DNA of 64,000 nucleotides, from NCBI GenBank assembly GCA_965242525.1, contig OZ251459.1, forward strand, positions 2,176,001-2,240,000, read 5' to 3'. A model generated the notes under the pieces. The model saw only the letters and a list, made by a program, of their open reading frames with translations. It made no database searches and was not told the origin of the DNA. A program made the position numbers and the translations under genes. How positions within the stretch are numbered: position 1 is the first letter of the stretch; each line of letters starts with the position of its first letter. Positions 1-9,100 of the stretch are shown here, piece by piece. Origin of the DNA: an uncultured Candidatus Binatia bacterium (GTDB lineage: Bacteria; Desulfobacterota; Binatia; UBA9968; JAJDTQ01).

Positions 1-86
1 CACTCCTATTCCCGTTCGTCCTGAGCGTAGCGAAGCGAAGTCGAAGGACGCGCTCATGCCCCCTGTCCCGATTGTCAAGAGGTTTC
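1..86. mobile_element. Type A MITE-like element, truncated by window start
   Basis: REP-like core at 11-52 followed by CTCATGCCCCCTGTCCCGATTGTCAAGAGGTTTC, the same terminus as the copies at 23419, 28192, 28903 and 29887 (opposite orientation). Confidence 0.85.
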
Positions 87-247
87 CGAAGTCCGCCCGG
101 AGGTCCGGGCGCGGGGAATCAACTTGATTTCGACGCGGATTTTCTATATCGTGCCGCCATCCGTCAACTTGCCGGGTGGCGCGGGGGCGGGGCGGTTTGC
201 AAAGACTCCCGTGCATGGTCGGCGCGCGCTGCCAAGGAGGAGTGGAG

Positions 248-430
248 ATGGAATTGCCGAAATGTCAGAAATGCGGCAATGGCACGTTGATCCCCCTGTC
301 GGACTATGGCCAGGACGGCGCTTCCGTGATGTACAAGGCCTGGGTCTGCACCATGCCTGATTGCGGGTTCTCCCTCAGGATAGACAAGGGCGAGGTCAGC
401 TTCGGGCGCAAGATCGACCTGAAGCGCTAG
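248..430 (+). CDS. Small Zn-ribbon protein (CxxC...CxxxxC)
   Basis: AAGGAGG upstream of ATG 248; MELPKCQKCG...WVCTMPDCGF. Confidence 0.75.
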   Translation: MELPKCQKCGNGTLIPLSDYGQDGASVMYKAWVCTMPDCGFSLRIDKGEVSFGRKIDLKR

Positions 431-490
431 TGCGGGACGGCGCGCCGGACGGGGGCGCCCCGCGGCGCCGAACCGTCAGCACCCGGATCG

Positions 491-1213
491 TCAGCCCTTG
501 TCCCGGCTCGCGAAGAAGTTCGCCAACCGCGTAACCCCGTACTGCGCCGCGGCGCCGGTGGACCACTCCGCGGTGTCCCGGAAGAACGCCTTGGCGGCCC
601 GGAGGCCCTGTAGGTCGCGGCTCGCCAGGGTCTCCATCCAGCGCCGCTTCTCCTCCGCCAGCCGCTCCGGCGGCGCCACCCGGTTCACCAGGCCTTGCCG
701 CTCGGCCTCCTGTGCGCTGACCTCGCCTCCGGTCAGGACCAGTTCCAGGGCCTTCTTCCGGTGCATCCATCGGCTCAGGTAGGACATGACCACGGTGGGC
801 GGGAACCCGGCGCGGATCTCCGGGAACGCGAACCTCGCGTCGTCCGCGGCAAGTGTCACGTCGCTCTGCACCGCCAGTCCGCAGCCGAACCCGAAGGCCT
901 TGCCCCGGACCACCGCCAGGCTGACGCCCGGGAACGATTGCAGCAACTCGTTGACGCGGACGATCCGACCGAGGGCTTCCGCCCACTGGGCGGCGTTTTC
1001 GGGCCTGGGCGCGTCCGGCTCGCGCCCGGAGCAGAAGTGGTCTCCCCTCCCCTCGATGACCAGGAGCCGGAGCCCCTTGTCCGCGGCCGCCTCGGCCAGG
1101 CTCTCCGTCAGCAGGGCCATGGTCTCGGAGTCCACCGCGTTGCCCTCGTCCGGACGGTTCAGAGTGAGGCTCGCCGCGTCGCCCGTCTTCTCCAGGATCA
1201 CCTTGTCGGACAT
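491..1213 (-). CDS. Enoyl-CoA hydratase/isomerase family protein
   Basis: LTLNRPDEGNA, FCSG, AFGFGCGLAVQSD and FAFPEIRAG crotonase motifs; real start MSDKVI at 1213 inside the long ORF. Confidence 0.9.
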   Translation of the reverse strand: MSDKVILEKTGDAASLTLNRPDEGNAVDSETMALLTESLAEAAADKGLRLLVIEGRGDHFCSGREPDAPRPENAAQWAEALGRIVRVNELLQSFPGVSLAVVRGKAFGFGCGLAVQSDVTLAADDARFAFPEIRAGFPPTVVMSYLSRWMHRKKALELVLTGGEVSAQEAERQGLVNRVAPPERLAEEKRRWMETLASRDLQGLRAAKAFFRDTAEWSTGAAAQYGVTRLANFFASRDKG

Positions 1214-1224
1214 GGGGGGTCTCC

Positions 1225-3657
1225 CTATCCGGCCGCGCCGCGGCTCGCGCCCCGGGCCTCCCGGATGAGCGACCAGAGGTACTGCGGCGTGAGCGGGAGG
1301 CGGCGGACGGCGACGCCCAGGGGCTTGAGCGCGTCCTCCACCGCGTTGGCCAGCACCGCGGGCGGCCCCACCGTGCCGGTCTCGCCGGCGCCCTTGAAGC
1401 CTCCGGGCGTGAAGGGGTTGGGGGTCTCGATGTGCTCCAGCACCAGCTCGGGGATCTCCATGGCCGTGGGCAGGAAATAGTCCTTGAAGCTCGCCGCCAT
1501 GGGCTGGCCCTCTTCCGTGTAGGGCAACTCCTCGTAGAGCGCCCCGCCGAAACCGTGGGCCAGGGCGCCCACGTGCTGGCCCCTCACGATGAGCGGGTTC
1601 AGCATGTTGCCGCAGTCGTGGACGGAGACGAACTTCAATATCTTCAACAGGCCGGTGTCCGGCTCCACTTCCACCGCCGCGGCTTCGGCGTCGTAGGGGA
1701 AGCTGCTGAACATGGCCACGCGGCCGCGCTCGTCCGCCTCGAACTCGATGTTGGGGTCGCGGAAGTGGTACAGCACCTCCAGCCCCGGGTCCATGCCCTC
1801 GGGCAACTGGAACGGGTAGAAATAGGCGGTGCGGGCGACCTCCGACAGGGACACGGCCCGGTCCGGGCGGCCTTCGACGCACACCCCGCCGGCGGAGAAC
1901 TCCAGGCCGCCCGGAGGATGCCGCAGCATGACCGAAGCGATCCCGGTGATCTTCTCCCGCAGCGCCCGCGCGGCCAGGGTCACCGCGGTGGTCCCCACCA
2001 CGGAGAAGCGGCTGGAGTACGAGCCGGAGCCGTAGGGACAGGCGAGGCTGTCCCCCTCCACCACCATGACGTCGTGGAAGGAGACCCGGAGCTCGTCCCC
2101 CACGAGCTGGGAGATGGAGGTGGCGTGGCCCTGGCCGTCGTCGCTGCCGCTCGGGAACACGTAAACCCTGCCGTTGGGGTCCATGCGCATGCGGACGCTG
2201 TAGTAGCCCGCGTTGTAGGAACCCATGCGGGTGGAGCTCGACGGCTCGATGACCAGGCAGGTCCCGACGCCCACGTAGCGCCCCCGGGCCGCGAGCTCCG
2301 CCCGGACCTTGCGCCAGTGGTCGTAGTCCAGCAGCTCCAGCGCCTTGTCCAACGCTTCCCGGTAGCGGCCGCTGTCGTAGCGCGGGCCGGTGACGGAGCG
2401 GTAGGGGAAGGCGTCCGGGGGGATGAAGTTGCGCCGCCGCACCTCCACCGGATCCATGTCCAGGCGCGCGGCGATGCGGTCCACCAGCCGTTCGATGACG
2501 AAGCAGGCTTCCGACTTCCCGAAGCCCCGGTGCGCGCCGTAGGGGGTCTTGTTGGTGACCACCCCCAGCACCTCCCCCTGGTAGTTCTCGATGCGGTAGG
2601 CGCCGGGCACGAACATGCCGGTGGTGACGATGGAGGCCAGGCCGCCGGTGGGATAGGCGGCGCCGATGTTGGCCACGATCCGGTCCTTCACCCCGAGTAT
2701 GGCGCCGTCCCGGCGCACCGCGGCCTCGATGTGGTGGGTCTGCTCCCGGGCGTGGATGGTGCCGGTCATGTGCTCGCTCCGGGTCTCCACCCACTTGACC
2801 GGACGGTGGGTGAGGATGGACAGCAGCGGCAGCAGGATCTCCTCCGGGTAGAACGCCCACTTCTGCCCGTAACCGCCGCCGATGCGCCGGAACATCACGT
2901 GGACCTTCAGGTCCGGGAGCGCGATGGTGTTCTCGATCAGCGTTCCGATGACGTGCCCGATCTGGGTGGTGCTCCACACCCTCAGCGTCTTGCCGCCGGC
3001 GTCGTAGCTGGCCGCCACCGCCCGGGTCTCGATGGGCGTGCCGGTGAAGCGGCCGCTGTGGATCTCTTCCCGGACGATGACGTCCGCCTCCCGGAACGCG
3101 GCCTCCACGTCCCCGCCGGACACGCGGAACGTCAGCATGACGTTGTCGTCCCAGTCCTCGTACAGGCGCTCGGCTTGGGGCTCCAGGGCCGCGGCGGAAT
3201 CCACCACCGGCGGCAGGGGCTCCAGGTCCACCTCCACCAGGTCCAGGGCGTCCTCCGCCACGTAACGGTCCACCGCGGCCACCGCGGCCACGGGCTCGCC
3301 CACGAACCGCACCTTGTCCCAGGCGAGGCAGTAGTGGTCGAAGAACTTGATGGTGGGGTTGCCCCGGCGGAACGGGTCTCGGCTCTGGAACGGGAAGGGC
3401 GACAGCGGGTTGACGTAACCGAGCCGCCGCACCTGCTCGCCGGTCAGGCCCGCCACCACGCCGGGCAACTCCAGCGCCCGGGAGAGGTCCACTCGCCGTA
3501 TCCTCGCGTGGGCGGCCGGACTCCGATAGACGGCCACGTGGAGCATGTCCGGCAGGTCCACGTCGAAGGTGTAACGGGCCTCGCCCCGGAGGATGTCCGG
3601 GTCTTCCTTGCGCACCAGGGGTTGGCCCACGAGGGGCGGGCGCTCTGCGGAGCTCAT
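1225..3657 (-). CDS. Xanthine dehydrogenase-family molybdopterin-binding large subunit (CoxL-like)
   Basis: RKED..LRGEARY, IGGGYGQK, AHRGFG, GQGHAT and KGAGE motifs; start MSSAER overlaps the upstream stop. Confidence 0.92.
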   Translation of the reverse strand: MSSAERPPLVGQPLVRKEDPDILRGEARYTFDVDLPDMLHVAVYRSPAAHARIRRVDLSRALELPGVVAGLTGEQVRRLGYVNPLSPFPFQSRDPFRRGNPTIKFFDHYCLAWDKVRFVGEPVAAVAAVDRYVAEDALDLVEVDLEPLPPVVDSAAALEPQAERLYEDWDDNVMLTFRVSGGDVEAAFREADVIVREEIHSGRFTGTPIETRAVAASYDAGGKTLRVWSTTQIGHVIGTLIENTIALPDLKVHVMFRRIGGGYGQKWAFYPEEILLPLLSILTHRPVKWVETRSEHMTGTIHAREQTHHIEAAVRRDGAILGVKDRIVANIGAAYPTGGLASIVTTGMFVPGAYRIENYQGEVLGVVTNKTPYGAHRGFGKSEACFVIERLVDRIAARLDMDPVEVRRRNFIPPDAFPYRSVTGPRYDSGRYREALDKALELLDYDHWRKVRAELAARGRYVGVGTCLVIEPSSSTRMGSYNAGYYSVRMRMDPNGRVYVFPSGSDDGQGHATSISQLVGDELRVSFHDVMVVEGDSLACPYGSGSYSSRFSVVGTTAVTLAARALREKITGIASVMLRHPPGGLEFSAGGVCVEGRPDRAVSLSEVARTAYFYPFQLPEGMDPGLEVLYHFRDPNIEFEADERGRVAMFSSFPYDAEAAAVEVEPDTGLLKILKFVSVHDCGNMLNPLIVRGQHVGALAHGFGGALYEELPYTEEGQPMAASFKDYFLPTAMEIPELVLEHIETPNPFTPGGFKGAGETGTVGPPAVLANAVEDALKPLGVAVRRLPLTPQYLWSLIREARGASRGAAG

Positions 3658-4151
3658 GGAGTCCCTCCCTCGCCGCCGGCCTTCCGCCCCCGGGCCGCGG
3701 CCTCCACCGCTTCCACCACCGGCAGGTATCCGGTGCAGCGGCACAGGTTGCCGATGATCCCCCGGCGTATCTCGTCCCGGGAGGGGTTCGGGTTCCGGGC
3801 GAGCAGCGCATGGGCGGACATGACCATGCCGGAAGTGCAGAAGCCGCACTGGAGCGCGTGGGCCTCCTGGAACGCGGCCTGCAGGGGATGGAGCCCGCCT
3901 TCCGCGGCAAGGCCCTCGATGGTGGTGAGCTCGCGCCCGTCCGCCTGCACCGCCAGGAAGGTGCAGGACTTGGCGCTCCTGCCGTCCATCACCACCGTGC
4001 ACGAGCCGCAGTTGCTGGTGTCGCACCCGTAGCGCGTGCCCTTGAGGCCGATGACGTCCCGGACGTAGTCCACCAGCAGCATGCGCGGCTCGGCCTCGCC
4101 CTGGTGGAGCCTTCCGTTGACCGTGACCGAGATCTTCCGCCTAGCGGACAT
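3654..4151 (-). CDS. (2Fe-2S)-binding small subunit (CoxS-like)
   Basis: GCDTSNCGSCTV, QCGFCTSG and NLCRCTGY motifs. Confidence 0.95.
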   Translation of the reverse strand: MSARRKISVTVNGRLHQGEAEPRMLLVDYVRDVIGLKGTRYGCDTSNCGSCTVVMDGRSAKSCTFLAVQADGRELTTIEGLAAEGGLHPLQAAFQEAHALQCGFCTSGMVMSAHALLARNPNPSRDEIRRGIIGNLCRCTGYLPVVEAVEAAARGRKAGGEGGTP

Positions 4152-5043
4152 GCCCTCCCTCCACCGTTTCGCCTCGATGGCGCCGCAGGGCCACGTCCAC
4201 CGCCTTCCGGAACAACGCGCCGCATACGGCCCGCTTGTAGTCGCTCGAACCGCGGACGTCGGCCAGGGGGCTCGCGGCGTCGCGGACCTGTTGGGCCGCG
4301 GCCTCCACCACGTCCGGGTCCATGCCCTGGCCCCGGAGGGTCTCCTCGGCCGCGGTCGCCCGGATGGGCGTGAGTCCGGCCGCGCCCAGGGCCACGCCGG
4401 CGTCCCGGCAGCGCCCGGACTCGTCCAGGCCGAGCTGGACCGCCACGCTGGCCACCGCGAAATCCCCGGCCCGACGCTCCAGCTTGAGGTAGGCGCCCGC
4501 GCTGCCGGCCGGCGGCAAAGGCGCCCGGACTTCCGTAATCAACTCGTCGTCGGCCAGGACCGTGGTGTAGGCATCCACGAAGAACTCCCCGGCGTCCACC
4601 ACCCGGCTCCCGCGCGGTCCGACGCACACCACCTGCCCCCGCAGGGCCTGCACCACCGGACCCCAGTCCCCCGCGGGGTCTGCTTCGGCCAACGCCCCGC
4701 CCAGGGTCCCCCAACCCCTCACCTGGGCGTCGCCGATGACTCCCGCGGCCTCGGCCATCAACCCCAGCTTCTCGCGGACCACGGGGGACGCGCCCACCTG
4801 CGCGTGCGTGGCCAGGGCGCCCACCAGCAGGAGGCCCGCGGCCTCGTCTTCCCGCACGTGCGCCAGCCCGGGAACCCGTCCGATGTCGATGACCCGGGTC
4901 GGCCGGACCAGCCGCAGCTTCATGAGCGGCACCAGGCTCTGCCCGCCGGACAGCAGCTTGGCCCCTTCTCCCGAACCCTGGAGCAGGTCGATGGCGTGTT
5001 CCACAGAATCGGCGACGGCGTAGTCGAAGGAGGCGGGGTACAT
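4141..5043 (-). CDS. FAD-binding medium subunit (CoxM-like)
   Basis: MYPASFDY, LSGGQSLVPLMKLRL and GTLGG motifs. Confidence 0.95.
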   Translation of the reverse strand: MYPASFDYAVADSVEHAIDLLQGSGEGAKLLSGGQSLVPLMKLRLVRPTRVIDIGRVPGLAHVREDEAAGLLLVGALATHAQVGASPVVREKLGLMAEAAGVIGDAQVRGWGTLGGALAEADPAGDWGPVVQALRGQVVCVGPRGSRVVDAGEFFVDAYTTVLADDELITEVRAPLPPAGSAGAYLKLERRAGDFAVASVAVQLGLDESGRCRDAGVALGAAGLTPIRATAAEETLRGQGMDPDVVEAAAQQVRDAASPLADVRGSSDYKRAVCGALFRKAVDVALRRHRGETVEGGHVR

Positions 5044-5266
5044 GGTGCGAGGACCTGACGTGAGAGACGCGACGTTGATAGCCCAACGCTACCCGTGAGT
5101 CAAACCAGGCAGGCGCAGGCCACGGAGAAAGACGCCTTCCATTGCGAACATGGTGACCGGCATCCTCCGTCCACCGGCTCGACCGGGACAGGAAGACGTG
5201 CTAAGCAGGAACCTGCGGTGGCGGGATGGACCGGGCGGGCCGTCATCGTGAGGAGGCCGAACATTC

Positions 5267-5536
5267 ATGGAAAACATGGAAGACAGAGAGCTATTGAAAC
5301 GCATCGAATTGAATCCAGGGGTGATGGGAGGGAAGGCCGTCATCAAGGGCACACGTTTGACGGTGGAACACATCCTCAACCTGCTCGCCCACGGCGAGAC
5401 CGTTGAAAAGATCACGGCGGAGTACGACGGAATCGCCCAAGAAGACGTTTTGGCCTGCGTCCTGTTTGCCGCGAAAGCCCTGGGGGACACCACCTTCGCA
5501 CCGTTGGCTGCAGAGACGCCTGGATGCGGTTCCTGA
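5267..5536 (+). CDS. DUF433 family antitoxin-like protein
   Basis: RIELNPGVMGGKAVIKGTRLTVEHIL signature. Confidence 0.9.
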   Translation: MENMEDRELLKRIELNPGVMGGKAVIKGTRLTVEHILNLLAHGETVEKITAEYDGIAQEDVLACVLFAAKALGDTTFAPLAAETPGCGS

Positions 5537-5877
5537 TAGACGAATGCGTTGGCCCCACGGTAGCGCAGTGGTTGCGACAAGAAGGGCACGACGTATTCTC
5601 CGTCTTCGAGGAGGCGCGCGGCGCAACCGACGAAGAACTCGTTCGCAAAGCGCACCGGGAGAACCGAATTCTCCTGACGACCGACAAGGATTTTGGCGAG
5701 AAAGCATTCCGAGAACGCAGGTCGCACAGGGGGATTGTCTTGCTGAGGCTGCAAGACGAACGCCCAATGAACCAAGTGAGGGTCATTCGGCGCCTCCTAC
5801 AGCTTTACGAAAATCAACTGCCGGATCGATTCTCGGTAGTCACGGAGGCTGGCGTTCGGTTCGCCATGAACATGTAG
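5524..5877 (+). CDS. DUF5615/Mut7-like PIN toxin
   Basis: MRFLIDECV...DEELV...RILLTTDKDFGE; overlaps the DUF433 gene. Confidence 0.88.
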   Translation: MRFLIDECVGPTVAQWLRQEGHDVFSVFEEARGATDEELVRKAHRENRILLTTDKDFGEKAFRERRSHRGIVLLRLQDERPMNQVRVIRRLLQLYENQLPDRFSVVTEAGVRFAMNM

Positions 5878-6034
5878 CGAGGCGCGTCCGATCGGATTTG
5901 CCTGAGCCGTTGACGGCGTGCCGGGGCCGAGCCGTCCCGCGCAACGCGGCGCCATCTCTTCGTACCCGCCCGGCGAGGCAGGGGTAGCCGCCGCTCACCG
6001 GCCGGCGGTCTCGCCGCCGGCCGGTGAAAACCTC

Positions 6035-6700
6035 ATGATCGACGTCCGGTCACTTTCCGTCACGGGGATGCAGTGGCGGGCGGGCCGACTGTGGCTTGCG
6101 TCCGCGGACGAGTCCCTGGTGGCAGCCTACGACCCCGCAAGCGGGTCGTGCGACGAGGTCCTTTCGTTTCCGGGGGTCCGGCACGCCTGCCCGTCCAACG
6201 AAGGCCTCTGGCTCATCACCGCCGGCGGACGGCTGGGGCAACAGTTGCTCCTGTGGTCCCTCGAAACCAACCGGGTGACCCGGCGTTTCGACTGCCCTGA
6301 CGGCGCCGCGTCCGGCGTCACCGTGCTGAACGACAAGCTGTGGCTGAGCCACCGGCGCAACCGCAAGCTGTTCTGCATGGACCCGCAGAGCGGCCGCCCA
6401 CTGTGGACCATCCGCACCGAGAACCAGATCCTCAACCCCACTTCGCACCAGGGCGAGCTCTGGTTCGTCGAATGCGACCCCGGACCCTTGGGAGACTGGA
6501 GCGACGAGAGCCAGGCGGGGTACTCGTTCCTCCGTTACGACCCCGTGCGCGAACTGGCGGCGGAGCGTCTCCCCGTGCCCTTTCGCCCGACGTGCCTGGC
6601 TCTGGACGGGGAGCGTTTCTGGTACGCCGTGCAGGACGAGCCCGGCCTCCGTGTTCGGAGCCGGAGGGCGCTGCTTCCCCGCAGACGGATGCTCGACTGA
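6035..6700 (+). CDS. Beta-propeller-like hypothetical protein
   Basis: Repeated Trp-containing beta blades (RLWLAS, GLWLIT, KLWLSH, ELWFVE, RFWYAV). Confidence 0.6.
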   Translation: MIDVRSLSVTGMQWRAGRLWLASADESLVAAYDPASGSCDEVLSFPGVRHACPSNEGLWLITAGGRLGQQLLLWSLETNRVTRRFDCPDGAASGVTVLNDKLWLSHRRNRKLFCMDPQSGRPLWTIRTENQILNPTSHQGELWFVECDPGPLGDWSDESQAGYSFLRYDPVRELAAERLPVPFRPTCLALDGERFWYAVQDEPGLRVRSRRALLPRRRMLD

Positions 6701-6910
6701 CCGTCCGGGGCTCCCGCCCAGTCAGGCACGACTGCGTGGGATGCTGTTGCTCAGCCGGCCTCCCTTGATGAGCCTCTTCCCCGCCAAGCACGGCTACATC
6801 CTTACCCTGGCCGCCACGTGGGCGGGAAGCATCGGAGGGCAGGGGATAGCTGCCAACGGACCGTCTCCTTGACACGACTCGAAATGTAAAGCAGGATTTC
6901 ACAACCGAAA

Positions 6911-7010
6911 GGAACCACTGAACAACGATCCTCGTTCATCCTGAGCGAAGGCGAAGGTCGCGCCTTTCCATAGGGAGAAGGAACTCAAGCCGAGTTGGAT
7001 CAGACGGTCC
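6911..7010. mobile_element. Degenerate type B MITE-like element
   Basis: GGAACCACTGAACAA...CGTTCATCCTGAGCGAAG...CTTTCCATAGGGAGAA...CAGACGGTCC matches the reverse complement of the 20881/60051 copies. Confidence 0.65.
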
Positions 7011-7191
7011 AAAAGGCAACCAGAGATCTTGCCATGGTCACATCCACGATTACCCTAAGGGCAGACCACGCTGCCCGGCTTCGATCCGTTGCGACAGCTA
7101 TCCATGGCCGACGGACCTTACAGCTACCAGACCGACGCGGATTCCTGTGCACGGACCACCAGCAGACTGAACGCGCGAAGGAGGTCTTGTC

Positions 7192-8538
7192 GTGGACGCG
7201 AGAGAACTGATCTTGCAGGACGTACGCTGCTTCCAGGACGAACAGCGTGGCCGCTTGCGGCCCGTCACGCTGCTCGTGGGCGAGAACAGTACCGGCAAGA
7301 CGACCTTCCTGGGCTGTTACAGGGTGTTGCATGGGATGTTTTCCAATCCAGGGATCGGCGAATTCCTGGATTTCAACGGAGAGCCTTTCGTCATGGGTTC
7401 GTTCCGCGACATCGTCCGGTCACGACGCGGCCCGAGCGGCCGTATCGACGAGTTCAAGATCGGGGTCCGAGTCGATCGATCGCCAGACGACGTCATGTCA
7501 CCGTGTGAGCTGTCGGTTGCTTTTCGCGAGAAAGGCTCGGAACCGGTGGTCTCGTCCTTGCGTTTCCAGTTCGATTCCGATGCGTTCCTAGAGATGAGTT
7601 CAGATGAGGAAGGAACCATCGTGCAGATTCCAGGCCTTACCGAGCACGCCAAGGGTGTTCCGCTTGTTCGCACGATGGCCATGTTGGACTTCGTGATCCG
7701 CGATCCCGATTTTTGGGGAATGCCCCCCGGATGGTCAAACTTGGAAACCAGCTTCGAGTATCTCCATGGCCTGTTCTTCCGCCGAGGAGCCGCAAAGAGA
7801 AAACACACCGAACTTCAATGGCCTTTCGACGACGAGCTCCCGCGTTTGCCCGACCTGATTCCGGTCGCACCGCTTCGTTCCAAGCCCAAACGTACCTACG
7901 ATCCGATACGCGAGACCGCTTCCCCGGAAGGGGAACATGTCCCGATGCTGATGATGAGGCTGGATCGCACGGACACGCCGCACTGGAAATCGCTGCACAA
8001 CGACCTCGTGAAGTTCGGCCAGGGTTCCGGGCTATTCGCCGACATCAAGGTGAAACGCCACGGCAAGCAGATGAGCGACCCTTTTCAGTTGCAGGTCAAG
8101 GTACGATCCGGACCTCATTCGAACCTCATGGACGTCGGTTACGGCGTCAGCCAGAGCCTGCCGATTCTCGTGGATGTGCTGAAAGGGTCCAGCAGCGGAC
8201 GCAAGTGCGAGTTCCTGCTCCAGCAGCCGGAGGTTCACCTGCACCCTCGAGGCCAGGCGGAACTCGCCAGTCTGTTCGTCCAAGCGTTCAAGCAGAGTGG
8301 AAACCGGTTCCTGATCGAGACCCACAGCGACTACATCATCGACCGCGTGCGCATTTCGGTCCGAAAAGGGCTGCTGAAGCCCGACGACGTGTCCCTTCTC
8401 TACTTCGAACCCAAGAGCAACGCCGTCGAGATCCACAACATGACCCTGGACGAGCATGGAAACCTCCTTGGCGCGCCGAGGGGATACCGTGACTTCTTCC
8501 TGAAGGAAACCGACAGACTGCTGGGGTTCACGGACTGA
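7192..8538 (+). CDS. ABC-type AAA ATPase (AAA_15/AAA_21, DUF3696-like C-terminus)
   Basis: Walker A GENSTGKT, VGYGVSQ signature, LLQQPEVHLHP, IETHSD. Confidence 0.88.
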   Translation: MDARELILQDVRCFQDEQRGRLRPVTLLVGENSTGKTTFLGCYRVLHGMFSNPGIGEFLDFNGEPFVMGSFRDIVRSRRGPSGRIDEFKIGVRVDRSPDDVMSPCELSVAFREKGSEPVVSSLRFQFDSDAFLEMSSDEEGTIVQIPGLTEHAKGVPLVRTMAMLDFVIRDPDFWGMPPGWSNLETSFEYLHGLFFRRGAAKRKHTELQWPFDDELPRLPDLIPVAPLRSKPKRTYDPIRETASPEGEHVPMLMMRLDRTDTPHWKSLHNDLVKFGQGSGLFADIKVKRHGKQMSDPFQLQVKVRSGPHSNLMDVGYGVSQSLPILVDVLKGSSSGRKCEFLLQQPEVHLHPRGQAELASLFVQAFKQSGNRFLIETHSDYIIDRVRISVRKGLLKPDDVSLLYFEPKSNAVEIHNMTLDEHGNLLGAPRGYRDFFLKETDRLLGFTD

Positions 8539-8550
8539 GGGCCACCGAAG

Positions 8551-9030
8551 ATGTGCATCATCGTGGACGCCAACAAGCTCGATGTCTTTCTCGCCGACCC
8601 GGCCGACGAGAATTCCAGGCCGATACGCAGGTGGCTAAGTCAGGGCGCGGGGAGCATCGTGTATTCGACGGAAGGCAAGTTTGCGCAGGAGATCCGAGGT
8701 CGAGCCAAGGCCAAGCTGGCCGATTACGTTCGAGCCGGCAGAGCGAAGCACGTCCCCGCGAGCCTGTTCGCCGACGAAGAACGCAAGCTGGAAACTCACG
8801 CAGACCTCCGCTCCGATGATCCGCACGTGCTCGCGTTGGCGAGAGCGACCGGTGTACGTCTCCTGTACACCGCAGACGGGAAACTCACGTCGGACTTCAA
8901 GAACAAGAACATCATCGACCGGCCGAGGGGCAAGGTTTATTCCGGCGCAGGCAATGCCAATCTGCTGACCCCCTCGGCATGTGCGTCGTCATGGCCAAGG
9001 TCTGCTTCGAAATCATGGCCGACTTCATAG
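8551..9030 (+). CDS. PIN-like domain protein
   Basis: MCIIVDAN...SDDPHVLALA...LLYTADG pattern; 12 bp after the ATPase. Confidence 0.7.
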   Translation: MCIIVDANKLDVFLADPADENSRPIRRWLSQGAGSIVYSTEGKFAQEIRGRAKAKLADYVRAGRAKHVPASLFADEERKLETHADLRSDDPHVLALARATGVRLLYTADGKLTSDFKNKNIIDRPRGKVYSGAGNANLLTPSACASSWPRSASKSWPTS

Positions 9031-9100
9031 ACACCGGCATCGCCGGGAACCTGAAGCGTCCGGGATCCAGCAATTGAGGACAGGATCGAGAAATCCGGCA

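Noticed and set aside
1225-5043. Aerobic CO dehydrogenase (coxMSL)
   Set aside because: The active-site loop is AHRGFG rather than AYxCSFR, and there are no cox accessory genes.
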